64,000 bases of DNA from Octopus vulgaris (lineage: Eukaryota): positions 77,314,001 through 77,378,000 of the forward strand of contig OX597826.1 of NCBI GenBank assembly GCA_951406725.2. Direction: 5' to 3'. The notes under the pieces are model-generated. The model was not told where the DNA came from. It searched no databases and saw only the letters and a list, made by a program, of their open reading frames with translations. Numbering within the stretch: position 1 is the stretch's first letter; each line of letters starts with the position of its first letter. Made by a program: the position numbers and the translations under genes. This document shows positions 55,606-64,000 of the stretch, in pieces.

Positions 55606-55876
55606 AGATGAAAGGTGTTCAAATTCCCATTTAAGGGCCTTTAAAAGATCAATTTTAACGTCCAGCTAGTATAATACCCTAGCATTTCATTGTATAAAGA
55701 TTTCATAAGAGTGCTCTTGAATATGACAAATTACTCAAATGGGGGCTATGTAAATATGGAAACCTACATTTAAATATAATGGCCAATGTTAGATATTAAT
55801 ACACGAGCCCATTTACAAATACATAAACACTTACGTGCGCACACTTTTAAATATATACCTGTGCACACATACATAG

Positions 55877-55909
<33 letters not shown>

Positions 55910-56093
55910 GGGAGAATTCGCAAAAGAAAAACAAAAGACGAAGACAAGTGGTGCAGACAACAAATACATATACATATATTTATACATGCTGGCCCACTGG
56001 TGGTGATATTTATAACGAATATTCGCCACCCTATATATGTATCTTATATATCTATATATAATCAAATTAAGCAACAGGATATCAAGTAGTGAA

Positions 56094-56176
56094 GCAGTAC
56101 GACCGTTTCAAGCGGTTCTATTAATTGAACAATGCAATCATTACTTCAGTTTAAATGCAGTGCCATCTTCAGCTGC
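56094..56176 (-). ncRNA. Type-I hammerhead motif with extended stem II
   Basis: gcag CTGAAGA tggc...gctt GAAAC ggtc GTA ctgc; perfect 4-bp stem I, GUA site; base of stem II imperfect. Confidence 0.6.
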
Positions 56177-57708
56177 ACAAATAAATAATTGGAATTTTAA
56201 CAAGTAGGACTCATTAATATAATTTTTCGCAAATATTCTAACAGAGCAAGAAGATGCAAGAAATTCAACTTTTCACTATTGTAGCTAAGATTAGACTACG
56301 ACTTTTAAGCATAGTGGAGTTATAGGGTTGTAAGGGATTGTAATTCATTTCTAATCCATTTATCTCTTTATCAGCTACTAAACCTAAGACTAGAAGACTG
56401 TCTATTTTGAATAAATGACAAGAGTGAGTTGACAACACATGGTTAGGTAGGGTCATAAATATCCTGTGTCCCTCTTCCCCGGGGAGGAAATAAGACATTA
56501 AGAGTAGTCAGTAACTGTCTATAAAAAGAGGCAGGTTAGGGTAGACTTTAAATCATGATATTAATTACCAGTTAAAGGGGCAAGACGCTAAGAAACTTAA
56601 GATATTAATACAGAAGAAATTTTATTTAGGGACACTATGGGTGATTGTTTATAAACAATATTGTTATGCTGTATAAAAATAGAATTTAAGAATTTCAAAA
56701 ATGATATCATAACCAAAATAGGTAAAAAGTGTGTATATATCAATTATAAATATTAAAAAGGAAGATTATATAGAATTAGTTTAATATTCATTCATTTACT
56801 TAATTACTTATTAGGTGGTTTCTATAAAGACTGCTCGGGGCATGTGGGAATAACTTTGAATAACTGGAAATATATACATTTTATCTATTAATTTTAAGCC
56901 ATGAATCAGAAAAATGTAAAAATGCATACAGATGCACACATATTTATATATGTGCATATATGCATTTATGCACATACACAAATATTTATATATTTATACG
57001 GATATAGTATAAATATCTCGCATAGACGTAAGTAATTGAAAAATAATTATTTAAGAACAAGAAAAATAACAGTTTATAAGGGATAAGAGGTTAATTAGTA
57101 AGGATATCATAATAAGAAAACAAAATAAAATACAATAACACCTCTAACTTATAAAATCTCTTCGGTGTGAATACCTTTAAGTGCTCTAACTACACTTCCA
57201 TACTCATTACCCACTCTTTTCGGGTTATCCTGATGCTCATTTTGATTCTATTCACCTTACTTCGGGCTATGCGGTTAATACCGGAATGACTTGGTGCTTC
57301 AACTTAAGTATCTAATTCAACTGAGTCTCAATTATATAAATTATCAATTCAATAACGAAAAATTAAGTTATACCATTTAGAAAAATTACATATTATAGAA
57401 AGATTAAATATAAGATAGAATAACGACACGTGTTTCGTGGTTATATTCAAGAAATGATAATAGTAATAATAATAATAGTAGTAGTAGTAAAATCACTTCA
57501 GTATAAATATAGCCATTCATATATATATATATATGTGTATGTGTGTGTATGTATCCATAAAAATATTTCAGCCCGAAAGCTGCGGTCAGGCCGGGGCACC
57601 ACCGTTGATTGTGCTACACTAGTATGTGAAACACCCTTTGATATGTGGCACTTGGTCAACAAGGGAGTTCGTTATATACGTTTTTACTATTAAAAACGTA
57701 TATAATGC

Positions 57709-57741
<33 letters not shown>

Positions 57742-58029
57742 TGTAATTTACTTAATCATTGACATTTTATTGTTATTTTAATTTTAATATTTCTATTATA
57801 AGTAATTTTCTAAATGGTGTAATTTAATTGTTCATTTTTATTTGATAAAAGGTGGTTTTTTACTAAATTTTTATATATATATTATATTGTGTGAAATTTG
57901 ATTTAGCATTTCTAAATTGAATTTTTTTCCTTGTAAGTTTTGGATTTTATTCCCTCAAATAATAATAATTATATATATATATACACGTTGATATACATAT
58001 ATCAACACATGCCCACAGTTTTTAAATAT

Positions 58030-58200
58030 CTAGCCAAAATCTTGAGAGATTTACACCGAGTTAGAAATGAGGTTTTCAAGCAGCAACTTGGCCTTCTGCT
58101 AAGATCCCAGATGAACTGACATCACGACAAAACACTCAAACGAGGGTAGCAAGATCAAATTGCTCTCGTTTACCAAAAGCCGACCACATACGAATGGCCT
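58030..58200 (+). mobile_element. CR1/L2-like LINE 3' remnant
   Basis: FKQQLGLLL then KIPDELTSRQ...ARSNC, similar to the terminus at 10432-10715. Confidence 0.45.
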
Positions 58201-58901
58201 TTGAAAAGTGATTGATACTGGCAGTGCCCCTGCATAGACACAGGCTTTAGGGTAAAGCACACAAACGAATATACATGTGTGTGTGTGTCTCTGTCTGTGT
58301 ATGTGTGTTTAGAAATTAAAGGAGAGAGAAAGACAGGTGAATGAGAGGAAAGTGAAACCCGCAGCAGTTTCCTCGAACGTCATACTTCCCGTAACGTGAA
58401 ACACACAGCAATGACAGGGTTAATGTTTAACTTCCAGTAGACTAATATGCCTTTGTGCGTGTGTAAGCAGGTAACATGAAAGATTCACTGTGTAAGAGAA
58501 TGCTAGGGATGACAGGAGACAGTCAGACAATTAGATATAGAAGAAAGCATCGGGGTGAGACCTGTGTGAGCGTGTGTACACACACACACACACACACATA
58601 TATATACATATATACATATGTATAATTGATGTACGTGTATCTATATATGTAAAGATGTACATATATATTTACTTACATATATATAGAGAGAGAGATAGAT
58701 AGATATGTGCGTATATAAATATATTTGTGTGTGTGTGTGCGTATATATATATATATGTGTGTGTGTGCGCGTATATATATATTTGTGTGTGTGTGCGTAT
58801 ATGTATATGTGTGTGTGTGCGCATATATATATGTGTGTGTGTGTGTGTGTATATATATATGTGTGTGTGTGTGTGTATGTGCGTATTTATTCATATATAT
58901 A

Positions 58902-58935
<34 letters not shown>

Positions 58936-59779
58936 AGTGTATATATAAAAGTGTTTTTTTCATTTTCTAAATATAACACCGGAATAGAAGTAAGATTTAA
59001 ATGGTGTTTGGATTACAGCCAGGGAGAGAAAGGGAGAGAGGGGGATAACGAGAGAGAGAGAGATGGAGAGCGTGAGTGAGAGAGAGAAATAACACGGATA
59101 AAATGAACCAGTGAGTAGGAAATGAATAAATAAAACGAACTCTGGTTTCAATGTCCCACCTTGTGTTTCGTTTCAATATGAGAGACTTAAATACAGAGAG
59201 AAATAATGAAGAAGATTTGTGTCATATGAAATATTTAGTATGGGAAACTGGTGCAACCAAACAACCGCCAACCCAAACCGGCCGACCAACCAGGAAATGC
59301 TGCATCTAACGAGGATGTAAAGAGAGAAGCGAACAGGAGGAAGTAACTCAAAGGGTTACTTCCGTAATGTCTCGTTGCGTTCGGATTTTTTCCCCTTCTT
59401 TTCTTGTTAGTCTCTCTTCCACGATCTCTCTCTCTCTCCTTCTCTCTCTCTCGCTCTCTCATTCTTTTCTTTCTCATTTTGCTTAGCAATTTGTAGCAAT
59501 GGACAACATTGCTTTGCAATATATAGACGTGTATATGTATGTATGTATGTATATGTGTAAGTCGGTGCATGTGTGGTGTATGCAGTCCGATGGCGCAACA
59601 CACACACACACATATACATTCATACAAACTTAAGTACACACAATAGTCATACGAGTGTGAGTGCGCGTGTGTGTGAGTTTATGTGTGTATGTATGTGCAT
59701 CTCTGTGTGTGTAAGTGGTTTGTATACATAATACAAATATGTATGGTTTGAAAGACAGATGCACAAATAGTTAAATGCA

Positions 59780-59826
<47 letters not shown>

Positions 59827-59872
59827 GCATAGTGTACACACAGGCACACACATTTATATACACATACATATA

Positions 59873-60080
59873 AAGTTAATCCAAACATGAAAACACAAAG
59901 AGAAAACACAACAACGCGAGGACGTGGAACAAATATAGTATTATTGGACGCTCAGGAAGGAAGGGAAGAAGGAGGGTCTTACGTTTCGAGCGGAGCTCTT
60001 CGTCAGAAACATCGGAGAAGGAAAGATCCAGAGAAGGGAAAACGGGGGAAAAAAATCGCCAACGGTACACACGCGGTCAT
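59873..60080 (-). mobile_element. Short hammerhead-containing element, sister of 32099-32312
   Basis: Colinear homology over about 205 bp; TA-rich flanks. Confidence 0.82.
59976..60010 (-). ncRNA. Minimal type-I hammerhead ribozyme
   Basis: gttt CTGACGA a gagc-tcc-gctc GAAA cg TA agac; stem I gttt/agac, GUA site. Confidence 0.8.
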
Positions 60081-60454
60081 ATATATATATATATACTTTA
60101 AGTTTTTTTTTACAGGAAACGTCTTTGAGTGCGCGCATAAAAGCTCCTGTTTCATTGTGTTGGCTACGGCCTAATGATTCCAGCTTGGATACGAGGTTTC
60201 ATGGGATCGTACCGAGCTGTGCCGATATAACGTAGGATAAATATAGTAGTTATGATAATAATTATAATCCAAAGATGCGATTTGTAAATATTCTAATGTA
60301 TCACTACGCGCGTTTCCACAAATCTCCTGTTTTTTGCGACCATAATCCACATTCCTGGGATTATTACAATACACTTTGTAATATTAGGCGATATGGCCAT
60401 ATCGTCTGAAGTAATGAACGCATGAACAAAGACCCACCTGATGTCTATGGTCAT

Positions 60455-60509
<55 letters not shown>

Positions 60510-60512
<3 letters not shown>

Positions 60513-60655
60513 TGCAGGCGTGGCTGTTTGGTAAGAAGCTTGCTTCCAACAACATGGTTCCGGGTTCAGTCCCACTGAGTGTCTTCTAGTATAGCCTCCG
60601 GCTGACCAAAGCCTTGTAAGCAGACTTGGTAGACAGAAACTGAAAGAAGCCCGTC

Positions 60656-60705
<50 letters not shown>

Positions 60706-60862
60706 TTGTGTATCTCTGTTTGTTCCACCACCATCGCTTCACATCCGATGCTGATGAGTTTACGTCCCTGTAACTGAGCGGTTTGGCAAAGAGACCGATA
60801 GAATAAGTAGGAAGGGTCAATTTGTTCGACTAAATGCAGTGCTCCAGCATGCCCGCAGTCAT
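60510..60862 (+). mobile_element. SINE family A
   Basis: ggcgtggctgtttggtaagaagcttgcttcc...gctccagcatgcccgcagtca. Confidence 0.83.
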
Positions 60863-61058
60863 TCATTTATTCATTTGTTTATATATATGCTTAAGTATAT
60901 ATGTATATGTGTATACGTATATATTTATATTCATTTATATATATATATATATATATATATTTAAAAATTAAGGGTAAAAATTTATATTAGTCAATTAAAA
61001 TCAGTGGTCTAGCACATTAAAAAGAATCCGAAGATTAAAATATTTATATATACCAATT

Positions 61059-61277
61059 AAGGACTGAGCACGAAAGGGTGGTCAGTCAACATGCTAGATA
61101 TAGACGTCAAATCGCCATTCTCCACAAAGATTTTGTTCTCAAATAAAAATAAAAATAAAAATAAAAATAAGGTCGTACTGAATTTTATTTTTATTTGAGA
61201 ACAAAATCTTTGTGGAGAATGGCGATTTGACGTCTATATCTAGCATGTTGACTGACCACCCTTTCGTGCTCAGTCCT

Positions 61278-61278
<1 letters not shown>
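61059..61278. repeat. Perfect fold-back inverted repeat with about 95-bp arms
   Basis: aaggactgagcacgaaagggtgg...ttgttctcaaataaaaataaaa mirrored by ttttatttttatttgagaacaa...ccaccctttcgtgctcagtcctt. Confidence 0.96.
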
Positions 61279-61326
<48 letters not shown>

Positions 61327-62494
61327 CTGGTTGTGTCTGTATATGTATATATACCTGTGTATGCGTGTGCGTATCTTTGCATGCATGTATGAATGCAATG
61401 GTGGCATCTATGAATATATATGTCAGTTTATATAACGACTATTTTGCAAATACAACAAGAATGAAACAATTGTGCAATATTTATTAAATTGCTCGATGGA
61501 TTTCAATAGACAATTGGAAAATACATCGAATCTAGAGTTGTATTTTGTACTAAATGACACACGAACAGAATTCAAAGAAACCACGTCACGTATGCGCATG
61601 CCCTGTTACACATATTTCCGCATTCAGAAAACAGAAGGCACACACACACACATATACACACACACATTGTTTGTATAATTGTGTGTATGCATGTGCGTGT
61701 ACGTATGTATGTAAGATTTACTGTGTATATCTGTCTTTCTGTGTGTGTTTGCATACATATAGATATATATGTGTGTGTGTGTGTATATATATATCTATGT
61801 ATGTATATATATACTTGGAAAAGGATACACACATATATATATACATACATACAAACATTGACACATATATGTATACATACTTATATATATATATATATAT
61901 AATTCTTATTTGGAGCAGTGAGTCTCGAAGCACACATTGCTATATAACTTGTAAACATTGTGCAAAATAAAAATGCACTTTGGAAAGAAAAATATGGAAT
62001 TCAAGTCATAAGAGCACCTTACACCTATTTTGAACCCAATTTTTACAACCTATTATTTATTACTTTGTGTGCTTCGAGATTCACTGTTCCCCAAAAAGTT
62101 TATTTTATATTCTCTCAAAAGTTTCTAAGTTCTTATGACGGCAACAATATATATGCATTTTATAGACTTATAAACATACTCTCTGACAAGTAGACACACA
62201 CACACAGGTCGACTAAGTACCAGTTGCGTACTGGGGTCGATCTAACCGACTGGCTCTCTCCGCCTAAATTTCGGGCCTTGTGCCTAGATTAGAAAAGAAG
62301 ACTTTGCCTTTTATGTCTCCCAAGTCTATAAAATAAACACCTGTCGAGGACGCAGGTGTATGTAATCAACTCCCCTCCTCCAATTACCATTTTTTCTCTA
62401 TCATATGTAAACCCCAACACTTTACGCTTGCCTTTGTATTGTCCCTCTCATCCTTCACCCTGGTGGTGGCAAATAAATGAAATCATTATTATTG

Positions 62495-62980
62495 TGTGAG
62501 AGAGCATTGCATGCCATCAAAGTGACACTGGGGTACAAATATACAAAGCCCAGTATACCCATCATGACAACCCGTTTTATAAGGGTACACCAGGTACGTG
62601 CATTACAACCATATGTGCGCGTCATGATGATCTCATATCAAGATAAACAGCGCATGACCTTGCAAGTGGGGGCCAGTTAGAATTTTCTTCTGGAGGAGTA
62701 GCATATCCCGCTCAAAAGGTCCCTGAATAAGGGTTGTTTAAGAATGTTGAACGAAACACCCACTTTTCTAGAAGTGAATTATCCAAAACTCAGACAGTTC
62801 CTCTCAACACACGGTTATGATACTCCCCAACTACTTCTGTTCGAGATCAAATATGCGTATATCGTCAGTTACCAAGAGACATGCTCAACTAGTTACGGTC
62901 AAACAACTGACAAGCAAATCTGTGGTATTGAGCAGAATATTTGCTGTAGCCCATCTTTTCGCCAGCACCTGGTACTGCAT
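62495..62980. mobile_element. Second copy of the (ATT)n-flanked unclassified repeat
   Basis: Homologous to 27436-27990 with an internal deletion near the right end. Confidence 0.8.
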
Positions 62981-63029
62981 CAGGGCTTATTATTATCATT
63001 ATTGTTATTTATTATTATTATTATTATTC

Positions 63030-63312
63030 AGTAGTTCTATGTTTAACACGTGTTTTCACTGCCCTCCAAAGCACAGCTCTGTGTTCCTTGCTCTTATTTT
63101 TACTGTATTGAAAGTGTTTTACGTAGGATGTGTGCGGTGCATTGTAGTGCTACTTTCTGTATGTTATATATTTTTCGTTAGTCCTGGTGTTTTTGTTATG
63201 TATTTGTCTGAATATTTTTTATCATACCTAATGCTCCTACTTTGATAGGAATTGTTTCTGTTTTTAGACTCCACATTCAAGTTACCTCTATTCCCAGATC
63301 TTTGTATTTTTA
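63030..63312 (-). mobile_element. R4/Dong-like LINE 3' fragment next to (ATT)n
   Basis: KYKDLGIEVT*MWSLKTETIPIKVGALGMIKK...IQKVALQCTAHILRKTLSIQ*. Confidence 0.8.
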
Positions 63313-63695
63313 TCGTTTCGGGGCCGATAAATCAGTACCAGTGAAACCCTTACCCAAATTTCAGGCCTTGTGCCTATAGTAGAAAATATTATTATTATTA
63401 TTATTACTTAAAACAGTTTGATTTGACTATGCAACTTAGTTTTGTAATATGTGTAAGTATTAAGAGAGAGAGGTGGGGGGTCAGGTAGATAGATAGATAG
63501 ATGTTCGAAGAGAGGAAAGGAGGGAAAAGCTCCATACACGTTTGCAAAATGCTTATGTCCACATGTTTGTGTGTGTGTTTGAGAGATTGAATGAGTGAGT
63601 GTGTGTGTGTGTGTAAGGGTGTATAAGTGTGTCTGTGTGTGATGGTCGCTCCTATCAATTTCGACGTATGTTTGAAGGAGGGGGAAGTGTCTGTG

Positions 63696-63702
<7 letters not shown>

Positions 63703-63730
<28 letters not shown>

Positions 63731-63940
63731 GAAGAAAGGAAGGGGGAGGGAGGGAGGAAGAGAAGAAAAGAAAAAAGGAAGACAGGAAGAAAGAAAGAAA
63801 GGAAGGAAGGAACGAACGAAGGAAGAGAGAAAGGAAGGAAGACAGATGAAGAGGAAGGAAAGAAGGAGAAAGAGAGAGAAAAAGGAGGGAGAGAAAGAGA
63901 GAGAGAAAGGGAGGGAGAGAGAGAGAGGTAGTGGGAGAGA
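63703..63940. repeat. Polypurine (GA-rich) tract
   Basis: Seen directly. Confidence 0.95.
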
Positions 63941-64000
63941 TCGTTGATCATAAAGCATGGACTAAACGGCCAAATAACAGCAATAAAGTGAATTGAAATT

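Noticed and set aside
63137-63155. gtgcattgtagtgc resembling miR-33
   Set aside because: Lies in the antisense of a LINE coding remnant and no precursor hairpin is evident

Overview
AT-rich, repeat-saturated eukaryotic DNA with no supportable intact protein-coding gene. The SINE families, huge (TA)n/(CA)n/(ATT)n tracts and a decayed C2H2 zinc-finger array suggest an octopus (cephalopod) intergenic or intronic region; this is an inference from family resemblance, not a database result. Nearly all ORFs in the supplied track are microsatellite artefacts. Recognisable content: about 30 tRNA-derived SINE copies of at least four families; RTE, CR1/L2-like and R4/Dong-like LINE remnants; a full-length but dead MULE transposon with a nested insert; mariner remnants; a non-autonomous Helitron; MITE/fold-back palindromes; and a ZNF pseudogene. 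The most interesting signal is a set of up to about ten minimal type-I hammerhead-ribozyme motifs (CUGANGA-stem II-GAAAC-NUH). They lie in several families of short non-coding, often (TA)n-embedded elements resembling Penelope-like pLTRs or retrozymes. One is a fold-back with a hammerhead on each strand, two carry an A6U core variant, and one sister copy has lost the ribozyme precisely. An RTE insertion with twin-priming geometry and an intact 10-bp TSD is also present. Coordinates were read by eye and repeat boundaries are approximate.
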